Positions 39,879 through 50,736 are shown, counted from the first letter of the stretch. The stretch: 64,000 nt of DNA from an uncultured Actinomycetes bacterium (GCA_963704885.1 CAVPIB010000004.1:160001-224000), one strand, 5' to 3'. Numbers and translations: made by a program. Notes: generated from the sequence alone by a model not told the origin.

Positions 39879-40149
39879 CGGGGTGCTCCTCGAGGTACTC
39901 CACGTACATCGGTCGGAGCGCCTCGCCCAACTCTCCCTCGCCGGCATCGTAGAGGTCGTTGATCAAGGCGAGCGGACGGGCGATATCTACCTTGCTTCGC
40001 TCGTCGTCGCCGATGACCTCCTCCGCCACGGGGAGCGCCTTCACCAGATCCCAGAGGAAGCCCACGTCCAGATGGTGCTTGGCGCGGTCGATCGCGCGGT
40101 CGTACAACTCTTTCGTGGTCAGGAGCTCGAGCTCTTCACGGGTCGACAT
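39871..40149 (-). CDS. Small hypothetical protein
   Basis: Leaderless TAGGCT-N6-ATG; protein-like acidic helical sequence; tight packing with neighbours. Confidence 0.75.
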   Translation of the reverse strand: MSTREELELLTTKELYDRAIDRAKHHLDVGFLWDLVKALPVAEEVIGDDERSKVDIARPLALINDLYDAGEGELGEALRPMYVEYLEEHPDA

Positions 40150-40158
40150 GCGTCCAGC

Positions 40159-42141
40159 CTACTCAGCCGCGGGAGCGGGCGGCATGAACCGCTCGAACCA
40201 CGCGAGCGTGCGGGTCACCAGATCGAGCAGGGCCGGGAAGTTCCGGACGCCGTGACCTTCCAGCGGATACAGCGCCAGGTCGGTGGGGACGCCGTGCTCG
40301 CGGAGGGCCCGGTGGAACTCGGTCGCCTGCCCGATCGGGGTGGCGCGGTCCAGATACCCGGCGGTGAGGAGCGTAGGGGTCCGGTTGCGGTCGGCCAGAA
40401 GGACGGGGCTCCGCTCGTGGTAGTGGGCCTGTCGATCGTGCGGATCGCCGCCCAGGAAGTCCTGTGCCCAGACGCCGAGGTTGCTGTCGAACCGCTCGGA
40501 GTACCAGTCGGTCACAGGCGCGATCGAGACGGATGCGGCGAAGCGCTGATCGAGACATGGGAGGAGCGCCGCCATGAAGCCACCGTAGCTCCCGCCGAAT
40601 ACCCCGAGCCTGGTTGGATCGGCCACGCCCGAACTCAGCACGTGGTCGACCCCGGCGAGGAGGTCCAGCGCGTCGGCGCCCCCCATATCACCGACGACCC
40701 GAGAAGCGAAGTCCCGCCCTCGCCCCCAGGAACCGCGCGGGTTCGGCTGGAGGAGTGCGTAGCCGCGTGCCAAGAGGAGCCCGAGGAACGTCCCCGGCCA
40801 GAGGTCGGCGTACGCCCAGACCGGGCCGCCGTGCACGTCGAGGATCAGCGGGAATGGGCCTTCTCCGGCGGGAAGGGTCAAGAAGCCCTGGATCTCCAGA
40901 CCGTCCGGCGCGGACCATGTGAGTACCTCTCTCGAGGCTACCGCCGACGCCACCGCCTCCGTTCCCTCGGTCACCGTCGAGACGATCGTGCGCGGTTCAC
41001 CGTCCGCCACGACCACGATCTCGGGGGGGCGGGTAGCGGAGTTCCGCGTGGTGACGACGTCGTCGCCGATCGGCGCTGCCGCTAGGAACAGGGCGCCGCA
41101 CCCCTCGCTAGTGGCCCAGCGTTCCTGCGCCGCGCCGGCGTCGGTGTTGACGTCGAGCAACACGGTGTCCAGACCGCGGATGCCGGTGGCCAAGAGCGCG
41201 CCGTCCGCACGCCAAGCGAGCCAAGCGACATCGACATCCAGCGTGTTCACCCGGCGGACGTCGTCGCTCCTCGGATCGAGGAGCAGGAGCTCGCCGGCCA
41301 CGATCAGTCGGTCACTGCAGATCGCTTCGACGACGGCTGCGAGGCTGCCGTCGGGAGCGGCCGAAACCCACCCCAGCTGCACGTCCGTCTCGAAGAGCGT
41401 TCGGTCGGTCCTGACAGCGGGGTCGATCGCGACGACGCGTGAGCGGTACCAGGCGCCCTCGCCGGGCTCGTCCGAGGCGATCGCGACGATCAGATCGTCA
41501 CCGCACCAGGCCGCCTCCCAGATGTTGAGGTCGCCTCGACACGCCGGGGAGATCTCACCCGATTCGACGTCGAGCGTCACCAGCCGCCGTCGCGTCGCGT
41601 CCAGCCGGTCCGAGGACTCCACCGCAGGGACCCAGGCCGGCAGCTCATCCGACCGCCCCACCACGCCGGACCCGACGGCGTCGGACTGCTCCGCCTCCAG
41701 GCCTGCGACGACGATCAGGATCATGGAACCGTCGGGCGACCACGCGTGCGACTCCGCGACGCCTTCGACCTGCGGGAGCGCTCGGGCCTCGCCGATCGCA
41801 TCGGAGTCGAGCGCGAATAGCTGGTGCTTGCCCGCCTCCGCCCGGTCCGACCTGAAGGTCAACGTCCGTCCGTCCGGCGACCATCGCGGCTGATCGTCGT
41901 CGTTGGGGCCGTCCGTGATCCGCCGGCTCGACGACCCGTCGACGCCGGCGAGCCCGATCCGTCCGACGGGATGGCCCTCGAGCCGTTCCAAGACGTCGCC
42001 CCGGAACGCGATCCACCGACTGTCGGGGGAGGGCCGCGGGTCGGACACGTCCGAGAACTCGCCGAACCCCGGCCCAAGGGCCCGGCGGTAGAAGTCCTCC
42101 ACCTCCTTGTAGAGAGGTGTCTCGCGAAGGTCTCTGTCCAT
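40159..42141 (-). CDS. S9 family (acylaminoacyl/prolyl oligopeptidase-like) peptidase
   Basis: WSPDG repeats, VHGGP, PNPRGSWG, GGSYGG nucleophile, D and EGH triad residues. Confidence 0.92.
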   Translation of the reverse strand: MDRDLRETPLYKEVEDFYRRALGPGFGEFSDVSDPRPSPDSRWIAFRGDVLERLEGHPVGRIGLAGVDGSSSRRITDGPNDDDQPRWSPDGRTLTFRSDRAEAGKHQLFALDSDAIGEARALPQVEGVAESHAWSPDGSMILIVVAGLEAEQSDAVGSGVVGRSDELPAWVPAVESSDRLDATRRRLVTLDVESGEISPACRGDLNIWEAAWCGDDLIVAIASDEPGEGAWYRSRVVAIDPAVRTDRTLFETDVQLGWVSAAPDGSLAAVVEAICSDRLIVAGELLLLDPRSDDVRRVNTLDVDVAWLAWRADGALLATGIRGLDTVLLDVNTDAGAAQERWATSEGCGALFLAAAPIGDDVVTTRNSATRPPEIVVVADGEPRTIVSTVTEGTEAVASAVASREVLTWSAPDGLEIQGFLTLPAGEGPFPLILDVHGGPVWAYADLWPGTFLGLLLARGYALLQPNPRGSWGRGRDFASRVVGDMGGADALDLLAGVDHVLSSGVADPTRLGVFGGSYGGFMAALLPCLDQRFAASVSIAPVTDWYSERFDSNLGVWAQDFLGGDPHDRQAHYHERSPVLLADRNRTPTLLTAGYLDRATPIGQATEFHRALREHGVPTDLALYPLEGHGVRNFPALLDLVTRTLAWFERFMPPAPAAE

Positions 42142-42167
42142 CCGCGAAGGATAGGCCCCAGATGGCG

Positions 42168-42189
42168 TGTCGGGCGTCGCCTTTACACT
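42168..42189 (+). promoter_or_regulatory. RecA-NDp/PafBC-type leaderless promoter of uvrA
   Basis: TGTCGG-N10-TACACT, 7 nt before GTG 42197. Confidence 0.75.
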
Positions 42190-42196
42190 TCAGTCC

Positions 42197-45082
42197 GTGG
42201 GCACCGAGCGGCTCGTCATCCACGGGGCCCGTGAGCACAACCTGAAGAACGTCACGCTCGATCTCCCCCGTGACAGGTTGATCGTGTTCACGGGTTTGTC
42301 CGGCTCCGGCAAGTCGTCGCTCGCCTTCGACACGATCTACGCCGAGGGTCAGCGTCGCTACGTGGAGTCTCTGTCGTCGTACGCGCGACAGTTCCTGGGA
42401 CAGATGGAGAAGCCCGACGTCGACTTCATCGAGGGACTCTCGCCCGCGATCTCGATCGACCAGAAGTCCACCAGTCGCAACCCCAGATCCACCGTGGGGA
42501 CCATCACCGAGGTGTACGACTACCTACGAGTGCTCTTCGCGCGGGTCGGGCATCCGCACTGCCCAAGCTGCGGCCGCCCGATCGGCCGGCAGACGCCGGA
42601 CCAGATAGTGGATCAGGTGATGGAGCTGCCCGAGGGGACCCGGTTCCAGGTGCTGGCTCCCATGGTCAGAGGCCGAAAGGGTGAGTACGAGAAGCTCCTG
42701 GGCGATCTGGGCCGTAAGGGTTTCCCCAGAGCCCGGATCGACGGCGAGGTCCGCGACCTGTCCGAGCCGATCCGTCTGCCGAAGAACTTCAAGCACACGA
42801 TCGAGGTCGTGGTCGATCGGTTGGTAGCCAAGTCGGACATCCGCCGACGTGTGGCCGACTCCATCGAGACAGCGCTGGAACTGGCCGAGGGGATCGCGGC
42901 GATCGCCGTGGAGACCCATGAAGGCGCCGAGGAGATCCAGAACTTCTCGCAGAAGCTGGCTTGCACTTTCGACGGCATCTCGTTCGACGAGCTGGCCCCC
43001 CGGAACTTCTCTTTCAACTCGCCGTATGGGGCGTGTCCCACCTGCGACGGCCTAGGGACCCGCCTCGAGGTCGACGCAGAGCTGGTGGTTCCCCACCCCG
43101 ACCTCACGATCGACGAAGGCGCCCTGGCCCCTTGGGCCAGTAACACGCTGGAGTACTGGTACCGCGTGCTGGAAGCGGTCGGTGAGGCGCACGGGTTCTC
43201 GCTCGACACCCCGTGGAAGAAGCTCCCGAAGGCCGCCCGTGATGTCGTGCTGTACGGCTCCGACACGGAGGTGTTCGTCCGTTACAAGAATCGATACAAC
43301 CGTCAGCGCGCGTATCACACCACCTACGAGGGGTGCATCCCCAACATCCAACGGCGGCACGCCGAGACCGACTCCGACGCCGCGCGCGAGAAGCTCGAGC
43401 AGTTCATGCGGGAGATCCCCTGCAGCGTGTGCCAAGGCATGCGGCTGCGCCCCGAGAGCCTGGCGGTCAGCGTCGGCGGCATCAACATCTCGGAGCTGAC
43501 CTCCAAGGCCATCCGCGATGCACTGGCGTTCATCGACGGCATGGAGCTTTCCGAACGCGAGCACATGATCGCCGAGCGATTGTTGAAGGAGATCCGTTCC
43601 CGGTTGGGCTTCCTGGTAGACGTGGGTCTCGACTACCTCTCGCTCGGGCGCGCTGCGGGGACACTCGCTGGTGGCGAGGCCCAGCGGATCCGACTGGCCA
43701 CCCAGATCGGCAGCGGGCTGGTGGGCGTCCTCTACATCCTGGATGAGCCTTCCATCGGCCTGCATCAGCGCGACAACCGCCGTCTGATCGACACGTTGAT
43801 CCGGCTGCGTGACATCGGGAACACCTTGATCGTCGTGGAGCACGACGAGGCCACGATCATGGAGGCCGACCACATCGTGGACATCGGGCCGCTTGCGGGG
43901 GAGCGCGGCGGCGAGATCGTCTACACGGGTGATCTGAAGGGGCTACTCGAAGAGGAGCGGTCGCTCACGGGGGCGTACCTATCGGGGCGCCGCCAGATAC
44001 CCACCCCGCGGGTCCGCCGCTCGCCCGGTAAACGCCGCTTGCGCCTGGAGGGTGTGCGCGAGCACAACCTGCAGGACGTGACCGTGGACATCCCACTGGG
44101 GCTCTTCGTCTGTGTCACCGGTGTGAGCGGGTCCGGGAAATCCACGCTTGTCCAAGACGTGATGTTGCGCGCGCTGATGCAGAAGATCTATCGGTCACGC
44201 CTGCTACCCGGCAAGCACAAGCGCATGCTCGGCTGGGAGCAGTTGGACAAGGTGATCGACATCGACCAGTCGCCGATCGGCCGCACGCCCCGGTCGAACC
44301 CGGCCACCTACACGGGCGTGTTCGACCACATCCGCAAGCTGTTCGCGCAGGTGCCCGAGGCGCGCCTCCGCGGGTTCCTGCCGGGGCGGTTCTCGTTCAA
44401 CGTACGCGGCGGCCGCTGCGAGAACTGCGCGGGGGACGGACAGATCAAGATCGAGATGCACTTCCTGCCCGATGTCTACGTGACGTGCGAGCTATGCAAG
44501 GGTCGCCGGTACAACCGCGAGACGCTCGAGGTGAAGTACAAGGGACGCACGATCGCCGACGTCTTGGAGATGAGTGTGGACGAGGCCCTCGAGTTCTTCC
44601 AAAACATCCCGCCCATCAAGCGACACATGCAGACGCTGTCCGAGGTCGGGTTGGGCTACATCAAGTTGGGGCAACCTGCGCCCACCCTCTCGGGGGGCGA
44701 GGCGCAGCGGATCAAGCTCTCGTCCGAGTTGCACAAGCGGGCTACAGGGAACACCATCTACGTCCTGGACGAACCCACGACCGGCCTGCATTTCGAGGAC
44801 ATCCGCAAGCTGCTCGGCGTGCTGCAAAGGCTCGTCGCCACCGGGAACACGGTCTTGGTGATCGAGCACAACCTTGACGTCGTCAAGACCGCGGACTGGA
44901 TCATCGACCTGGGTCCCGAGGGAGGGGACATGGGTGGCATGCTCGTCGCTGCGGGCACGCCCGAGGACATCGCGGCCGATCCCGGTTCCCATACCGGCCG
45001 GTTCCTGGCCGAGGTCCTGGGCAGACCGGTGATCGCCGATCAGGCCGATCAGGATGAACTTGAGCTTGTGCCGCAGGTGTGA
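42197..45082 (+). CDS. uvrA: Excinuclease ABC subunit A
   Basis: [32 protein letters not shown], zinc-binding Cys motifs, second [20 protein letters not shown]. Confidence 0.98.
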   Translation: MGTERLVIHGAREHNLKNVTLDLPRDRLIVFTGLSGSGKSSLAFDTIYAEGQRRYVESLSSYARQFLGQMEKPDVDFIEGLSPAISIDQKSTSRNPRSTVGTITEVYDYLRVLFARVGHPHCPSCGRPIGRQTPDQIVDQVMELPEGTRFQVLAPMVRGRKGEYEKLLGDLGRKGFPRARIDGEVRDLSEPIRLPKNFKHTIEVVVDRLVAKSDIRRRVADSIETALELAEGIAAIAVETHEGAEEIQNFSQKLACTFDGISFDELAPRNFSFNSPYGACPTCDGLGTRLEVDAELVVPHPDLTIDEGALAPWASNTLEYWYRVLEAVGEAHGFSLDTPWKKLPKAARDVVLYGSDTEVFVRYKNRYNRQRAYHTTYEGCIPNIQRRHAETDSDAAREKLEQFMREIPCSVCQGMRLRPESLAVSVGGINISELTSKAIRDALAFIDGMELSEREHMIAERLLKEIRSRLGFLVDVGLDYLSLGRAAGTLAGGEAQRIRLATQIGSGLVGVLYILDEPSIGLHQRDNRRLIDTLIRLRDIGNTLIVVEHDEATIMEADHIVDIGPLAGERGGEIVYTGDLKGLLEEERSLTGAYLSGRRQIPTPRVRRSPGKRRLRLEGVREHNLQDVTVDIPLGLFVCVTGVSGSGKSTLVQDVMLRALMQKIYRSRLLPGKHKRMLGWEQLDKVIDIDQSPIGRTPRSNPATYTGVFDHIRKLFAQVPEARLRGFLPGRFSFNVRGGRCENCAGDGQIKIEMHFLPDVYVTCELCKGRRYNRETLEVKYKGRTIADVLEMSVDEALEFFQNIPPIKRHMQTLSEVGLGYIKLGQPAPTLSGGEAQRIKLSSELHKRATGNTIYVLDEPTTGLHFEDIRKLLGVLQRLVATGNTVLVIEHNLDVVKTADWIIDLGPEGGDMGGMLVAAGTPEDIAADPGSHTGRFLAEVLGRPVIADQADQDELELVPQV

Positions 45083-45108
45083 GGATGCTTGCTAGGATTC
45101 CCGCCGAC

Positions 45109-46776
45109 GTGGCAAAGCGCCTCCTGATCCTTTCATGCGCGGCGGCCCTCTTGACGGCCGCCTGTAGCGATCCTGCGCCGGCGGAGGTCGACTATGGCTC
45201 GGGTGTGGAGTTCGTACCGTTCGTGGCCGACAACCTGGACGACGCGGGATTGGGGAACGCGATCGCCCTGGATCAGGACGGCGTCCCGTACACCTCCTAC
45301 CTGATCTTTCCGGGCGAGCTGAAGGCCGACGCCATCCCGATACCGCGCCCGATCGGCGCACCATTCATCCTCACGACCGCATCAGCGTCTGAGCCATCCG
45401 AGGAGGGGGCGGCGGTCGGCGTCGCGAGCGTCAGCGCGGACGGCACGTGGACCCGTGGTGCGGCCGCCCAGGTTCAGGATCCCCCTCTGAGGGTCATCGT
45501 TCCCTATGGACCGGCAACGGTTGAGAGCCTGATCGGCTCCACGGCCGCGAACACGAACGGGACCGACATCGCCATCGGCGCGAACGGTGGCAAGCACGTG
45601 GTCTGGGCCGGCCGGGACGGCATCTGGTACGCGGGCGGGGTCGATGGGTTTACGCAGTCGCTGGTCGAGGAGTGGGTGCCCTCTCTAGACCACGCCGGAC
45701 CGCTCGGGCGCCCTTCGGTCGCGGTCGATGAGGCGGACACGCCCTGGGTGGCCTACACCGTGGTCACTCCGACCGGGCAAGCCGTGCAGGTAGCCACCCT
45801 CGCAGGCGATGAGTGGACCACCGAGACGGTGGCCACGATCGGATCGTGCTTGGGCTCCGGGTGTTCGCAACCTGGTCCCACCCAGATCGGGATGACCTCT
45901 GGCGGTCCCGTGGTGGTGTATGTCGACGGGGTGACCGAGGACCTGATGGCGGCGACCAAGAACGGCGATCAGTGGACCACTTCGGTGGTGCACGCGGGCG
46001 TCGCCCCGACGGGGCTCTCCATGACGGTGGGCGCAGACGGCGATCCGCTGACGGCCTACTACGGCGATGGATCCGTCTACCTGGCGAGCTCTTCCGGAGC
46101 AGGCTGGACGACAGCCAAGGTGGCCGATGCCAACCCCGGCGACGGCACCGGCAACTTCGCCCAGACGACCGGGGTCGCGCGGGACGACGAGGGCATCGTC
46201 TACGTAGCTTGGTTCGACCAGGGGAAGGGCGTCCTTCTCTCCAGCGGCGACGGATCCGCGTTCACCCTCGTCGAGACCCCTGACGCCACCGGGGGCGGAT
46301 ACCCATCCCTGGCGGTGAGTGGTGACGGCAAGTATGTCTTCCTGGCGTGGTACGACCTCTCGTCGGAGGACCTGTTGCTCGGCGTGCAGGGACCGGTCGA
46401 TGACCTCTTGGTGGCACAACCGAGTCCCACAGCTGCTGAGGCTCCTCCCGCCTCAGAGGCGCCGACCGTCGAGTGTCCGAAGGACGGGATCCCGCTGATC
46501 GCGCCACCAGGCGCGACGGCCGCTGGCTTCGACGTCACGGAGCTGACGGCCCCGGCCGACACGCCCTTCACGATCTGCTTCGACAACCGGGACTCGACCG
46601 TTCCACACAACGTGAACGTGCTCGACTCGCAGGGAGGAACGTCACTCGCGGCGGGGAGCATCATCGCCGGTCCGGCGAAGGAGAACCTGGAGGTGCCTGC
46701 CCAGACAGCCGGCGCGTACTTCTTCCAGTGCGACGTCCATCCCACCACCATGACGGGCACGCTCACCGTCAAGTAG
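45109..46776 (+). CDS. Lipoprotein with repeated beta-propeller-like blades and a C-terminal cupredoxin domain
   Basis: Lipobox LTAAC; repeats IALDQDGVPYTSY / VAVDEADTPWVAY / VARDDEGIVYVAW; PHNV and FQCDVHPTTM copper motif. Confidence 0.8.
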   Translation: MAKRLLILSCAAALLTAACSDPAPAEVDYGSGVEFVPFVADNLDDAGLGNAIALDQDGVPYTSYLIFPGELKADAIPIPRPIGAPFILTTASASEPSEEGAAVGVASVSADGTWTRGAAAQVQDPPLRVIVPYGPATVESLIGSTAANTNGTDIAIGANGGKHVVWAGRDGIWYAGGVDGFTQSLVEEWVPSLDHAGPLGRPSVAVDEADTPWVAYTVVTPTGQAVQVATLAGDEWTTETVATIGSCLGSGCSQPGPTQIGMTSGGPVVVYVDGVTEDLMAATKNGDQWTTSVVHAGVAPTGLSMTVGADGDPLTAYYGDGSVYLASSSGAGWTTAKVADANPGDGTGNFAQTTGVARDDEGIVYVAWFDQGKGVLLSSGDGSAFTLVETPDATGGGYPSLAVSGDGKYVFLAWYDLSSEDLLLGVQGPVDDLLVAQPSPTAAEAPPASEAPTVECPKDGIPLIAPPGATAAGFDVTELTAPADTPFTICFDNRDSTVPHNVNVLDSQGGTSLAAGSIIAGPAKENLEVPAQTAGAYFFQCDVHPTTMTGTLTVK

Positions 46777-46796
46777 AGCGCGATCCATCCGGGGTG

Positions 46797-46818
46797 GGTC
46801 GGCGTCCCCCCCTAGAAT
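46797..46818 (+). promoter_or_regulatory. RecA-NDp/PafBC-type leaderless promoter of uvrC
   Basis: GGTCGG-N10-TAGAAT, 6 nt before GTG 46825. Confidence 0.65.
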
Positions 46819-46824
46819 GAGCGG

Positions 46825-48702
46825 GTGAGCGTCCCCCGACCGGACACGTCGAGCATCCCCGACGCGCCGGGCGCCTACCTCTTCCGCGACGCCGACGGTC
46901 GCGTCGTCTACGTGGGCAAGGCCCGGTCGTTGCGCAAGCGCGTCATCAGCTATTGGGGCAAGCCTCTTCATCCGCGCACCCAGGCCATGACCGAGGCTGC
47001 CGAGACCATCGAGTGGATGATCGCCTCCACAGAGGTCGACGCCTTGATGCTCGAGTACAACCTGATCCAGACCCACCGCCCGCGCTTCAACATCCGCTAC
47101 CGCGACGACAAGTCCTACCCGTTCCTGGCGCTCACGGTGGGGGAGACGTGGCCGCGCGCCCAGGTCCTGCGGGGTGCCAAGCGGAAGAACGTTCGCTACT
47201 TCGGGCCCTACGGCCATGCATGGGCCATCCGCGACACGCTCGACGCCCTCACGCGTGTGTTCCCGGTTCGGACCTGCACGAACAGTTTCTTCGACCAGCG
47301 CGCCCGATCGGGCCGACCCTGCCTGTACTACGACATCGGGCGGTGCTCTGGGCCATGCGTGCCGGCGGCAACCGGCGTCACCGAGGGCTCCTACCGCGCC
47401 GACGTGGACGCGCTCGGGGATTTCCTGGCGGGGAACACCCGTCCGGTGATAGCCCGGCTCGAACGCGAGATGACCGCGGCCGCCGAGCGCCAGGAGTACG
47501 AGCAGGCGGCAAAGCTCCGAGATCAGCTCGGCGCCGCCCGGCGGGCCATGGAGACCCAGGAGATGGTCCTCACCCAACCCGAGGACCTGGACGTGATCGG
47601 TATGGCGGAAGATGATCTGGAGGCGGCCTTCCAGGTGTTCTTCGTCCGGGGCGGGCGGGTCCTCGGCCGGCGTGGCTGGGTGGTAGACCGGGTGGAGGAC
47701 CTGGATCGTGCGGAGCTCGTGGGATCGTTCGTCAGACAGCTCTACATGGAGCGCCAGGAGGTCCCGGCTCGCGTCCTCACGCCCTCGGTGCCCGACGGGC
47801 GCGAGGTCCTCGAGTTGTGGCTGGGTGCTCGCAGGGGAACGAAGGTCTCGATCGCGGTGCCGGAGCGCGGGGCGAAACGGCAGCTGATGGAGACGGTCAC
47901 GCGCAACGCCGAGGAGTCGTTCCACCGGCACAAGCTGAAGCGGGCGTCGGACTTCGGCGCCAGATCCCGGGCTCTTTCCGAGTTGGCCGAGCAGCTCGGA
48001 CTGCCGCAGGCGCCGCTGCGGATGGAGTGCTTCGACATCTCGAACCTCGGGCCGACGGACAAGGTCGGCTCCATGGTCGTGTTCGAAGACGGGTTGCCGA
48101 AGCGAGCCGACTACCGTCGATTCGCGATCACGGGCGTTCCTGGCCAGGACGATTTCGCAAGCATGGAGGAGATGCTCCGCCGCCGTTTCGCTCGCCTGCT
48201 CCAAGAGCGCGATCGGCCCGTCGGTACGAAACGACGCTTCTCCTACCCCCCCTCGCTCGTGGTGATAGACGGAGGGAAGGGCCAGCTTGGCGTCTGCAGC
48301 AAGGTCCTGGCCGACCTTGGACTGAACATCCCGCACCTGGGCCTGGCCAAGCGATTGGAGGAGGTCTACTTCCCAGGACGTCCCGAGCCGCTGATGATCC
48401 CCCGGGGGTCGGAGGCGCTGTTCGTTCTCCAGCACATCCGAGACGAAGCGCACCGGTTCGCCATCACGTATCACCGGCAGAAGCGGGCCAAGCGGGCGCT
48501 GGCCTCACCGCTCGACGAGATCCGGGGCGTCGGTCCGTCCAGGAAGAAGGCGCTGCTGAAGCGGTTCGGCTCCCTCTCCCGGCTGCGAGAGGCAACACCC
48601 GATCAGATCGCCGCCACGCCCGGGGTCGGTCCTGACCTGGCGGCAGTCGTGTACGAGCACCTGCACGGCTCGCCGGACGCCACGCAGCGGGTGAGCGCCT
48701 GA
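46825..48702 (+). CDS. uvrC: Excinuclease ABC subunit C
   Basis: GIY-YIG (PGAYLF..YVGKA), DDKSYP, ECFDISN, IDGGKGQ, RDEAHRFA, HhH. Confidence 0.98.
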   Translation: MSVPRPDTSSIPDAPGAYLFRDADGRVVYVGKARSLRKRVISYWGKPLHPRTQAMTEAAETIEWMIASTEVDALMLEYNLIQTHRPRFNIRYRDDKSYPFLALTVGETWPRAQVLRGAKRKNVRYFGPYGHAWAIRDTLDALTRVFPVRTCTNSFFDQRARSGRPCLYYDIGRCSGPCVPAATGVTEGSYRADVDALGDFLAGNTRPVIARLEREMTAAAERQEYEQAAKLRDQLGAARRAMETQEMVLTQPEDLDVIGMAEDDLEAAFQVFFVRGGRVLGRRGWVVDRVEDLDRAELVGSFVRQLYMERQEVPARVLTPSVPDGREVLELWLGARRGTKVSIAVPERGAKRQLMETVTRNAEESFHRHKLKRASDFGARSRALSELAEQLGLPQAPLRMECFDISNLGPTDKVGSMVVFEDGLPKRADYRRFAITGVPGQDDFASMEEMLRRRFARLLQERDRPVGTKRRFSYPPSLVVIDGGKGQLGVCSKVLADLGLNIPHLGLAKRLEEVYFPGRPEPLMIPRGSEALFVLQHIRDEAHRFAITYHRQKRAKRALASPLDEIRGVGPSRKKALLKRFGSLSRLREATPDQIAATPGVGPDLAAVVYEHLHGSPDATQRVSA

Positions 48703-49607
48703 TGCCCCGCACCGTCCTGCCCGGTCCCGATCACGCCGCTGAGCAGACGTCGCCGGCGTTCACGCTCATCACGGGTGTGTCCGGCGCTGGCCGCTCCGAG
48801 GCCGCCCATTCGCTCGAGGACCTGGGTTACTTCGTGGTCGACAATCTCCCACCGGCGTTGCTGCCGAAGATGGCGGAATTGGCGTCGCGGCCGGGAGGCC
48901 CGGCCCGGGTCGCCATCGTCGTGGACGCGCGTGGCGGGGTCTTCTTCGGCGAGCTGTCCAAGGCGTTGGAGGACCTGGACCAGGAGCGCGTCGAGTACCG
49001 GATCCTGTACCTGGATGCGTCCGACGACGATCTGGTCAACCGCTACGAGGCCACTCGCCGCCGGCACCCGCTCGCGCCCGCGGACCGAGTGGTGGAGGGG
49101 ATCCGCAAGGAGCGGCTCATGATGGAGAGCCTGCGTGGCGATGCCGACCTGATCATGGACACCTCGGATCTGACGCCGCACGAACTCAGGGAGAAGATCC
49201 GCGAGGCGTTCGCCGAGTCGCCCCCCGAGCATGGCCTGAAGGTGACGCTCATCTCGTTCGGTTTCAAGTACGGGGCCCCACGTGACGCCGACATGATGCT
49301 CGACGTGCGTTTCCTGCCCAACCCCCACTGGGTCGACGTGCTCCGGCCACTGCCGGGCACGGATCAGCGGGTGCGCTCTTACGTCGAGGGCCAGCCGCAA
49401 TACCGAGACTTCATCGATCGTCTCCGGGGGCTGCTCGACGTGGTCGTCCCCGGCTACGTCGACGAAGGGAAGTCCTATCTAACGATCGCGGTGGGATGCA
49501 CCGGGGGCCGGCATCGCTCGGTCGTGGCCTCCGAGGAGCTTGCCCGCTATTTCAAGGAACGGGGCCAACCCGTAGCCGTGGAACACCGCGACCTCGAACG
49601 GAGTTAG
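48702..49607 (+). CDS. rapZ: RNase adapter RapZ / YvcJ
   Basis: TGVSGAGRS, VDNLPP, TRRRHPL, SFGFKYG, DVRFLPNPHW, GCTGGRHRSV. Confidence 0.96.
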   Translation: MPRTVLPGPDHAAEQTSPAFTLITGVSGAGRSEAAHSLEDLGYFVVDNLPPALLPKMAELASRPGGPARVAIVVDARGGVFFGELSKALEDLDQERVEYRILYLDASDDDLVNRYEATRRRHPLAPADRVVEGIRKERLMMESLRGDADLIMDTSDLTPHELREKIREAFAESPPEHGLKVTLISFGFKYGAPRDADMMLDVRFLPNPHWVDVLRPLPGTDQRVRSYVEGQPQYRDFIDRLRGLLDVVVPGYVDEGKSYLTIAVGCTGGRHRSVVASEELARYFKERGQPVAVEHRDLERS

Positions 49608-49728
49608 GCGCCAGCGCGGATCCTGGAGCCGATCGGTCGTAGTCCCGGTGCGTCCAGGACATCCCGCCCGGTCGGACGTGCCGTGGGCTGGCTAGGATGG
49701 GTCCGCCCCAGCCTTCTAGGAGGATCTC

Positions 49729-50736
49729 GTGACGACGAAGATCGGCATCAATGGGTTCGGACGGATCGGCCGCAACTTCTTCCGAGCGGCCAAGGAACGA
49801 GGAGCGGACTTCGACTTCGTCGCGGCGAACGATCTACTCCCGCTCGACCTCATGGCCCATCTGCTGAAGTACGACACGATCCTTGGCACGTTCGGGGCCG
49901 ACGTAGAGGTCGTCGGCGATGACATCAAGGTCGATGCAGATACTCTGAAGATGCTCGCGGAACGCGATCCCAAAGCCCTGCCGTGGAAGGAGCTCGGCGT
50001 CGACGTGGTCGTCGAGTGCTCGGGGTTGTTCACCGATCGCGAGAAGGCGGCCCAGCATCTCGACGCCGGCGCGCCGGTCGTCATCATCTCGGCGCCCGGC
50101 AAGGATGTGGACGGCACCTTCGTGGTTGGGGTGAACGACGACACCTACGACCCAACGCGTCACAAGGTGATCTCTAACGCATCTTGCACCACGAACTGCT
50201 TCGTCCCCATGGTCAAGGTGCTCGACGACGCGTTCGGCGTGGAGCGCGGATTGATGACCACCGTGCACGCCTACACGGGCACGCAGGCGCTGGTAGACGG
50301 ACCGTCGAAGGATCTGCGCGAGGCGCGCGCGGCCGCCCTCAACATCATCCCGTCCTCGACCGGCGCGGCGCGCGCAACGAGCCTGGTGCTCGAGGCGATG
50401 AAGGGCCGCCTCGACGGGCAGGCGCTAAGGGTTCCCGTCGCGGACGGGTCGATCACCGACTTCACGGCGATCCTCGGGAGGGACGTCACGGCCGACGACG
50501 TGAAGGGCGCGTTCCGCGCCGCATCAGAGTCGGGACCGCTCAGCGAGGTGCTCGTCTACTCCGAGGCGCCGATCGTCTCATCCGACATCGTAGGTTCGCC
50601 CGCGTCCTGCACGTTCGACGCGCCACTCACGATGGCGCTGGGCAACATGGTCAAGGTCATGGGCTGGTACGACAACGAGTGGGGCTATTCGAACCGGCTC
50701 GTCGATCTCGTCCAGCGGGTCGCGTCGACACGGTGA
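49729..50736 (+). CDS. gap: Glyceraldehyde-3-phosphate dehydrogenase type I
   Basis: [28 protein letters not shown]; SD AGGAGG. Confidence 0.98.
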   Translation: MTTKIGINGFGRIGRNFFRAAKERGADFDFVAANDLLPLDLMAHLLKYDTILGTFGADVEVVGDDIKVDADTLKMLAERDPKALPWKELGVDVVVECSGLFTDREKAAQHLDAGAPVVIISAPGKDVDGTFVVGVNDDTYDPTRHKVISNASCTTNCFVPMVKVLDDAFGVERGLMTTVHAYTGTQALVDGPSKDLREARAAALNIIPSSTGAARATSLVLEAMKGRLDGQALRVPVADGSITDFTAILGRDVTADDVKGAFRAASESGPLSEVLVYSEAPIVSSDIVGSPASCTFDAPLTMALGNMVKVMGWYDNEWGYSNRLVDLVQRVASTR

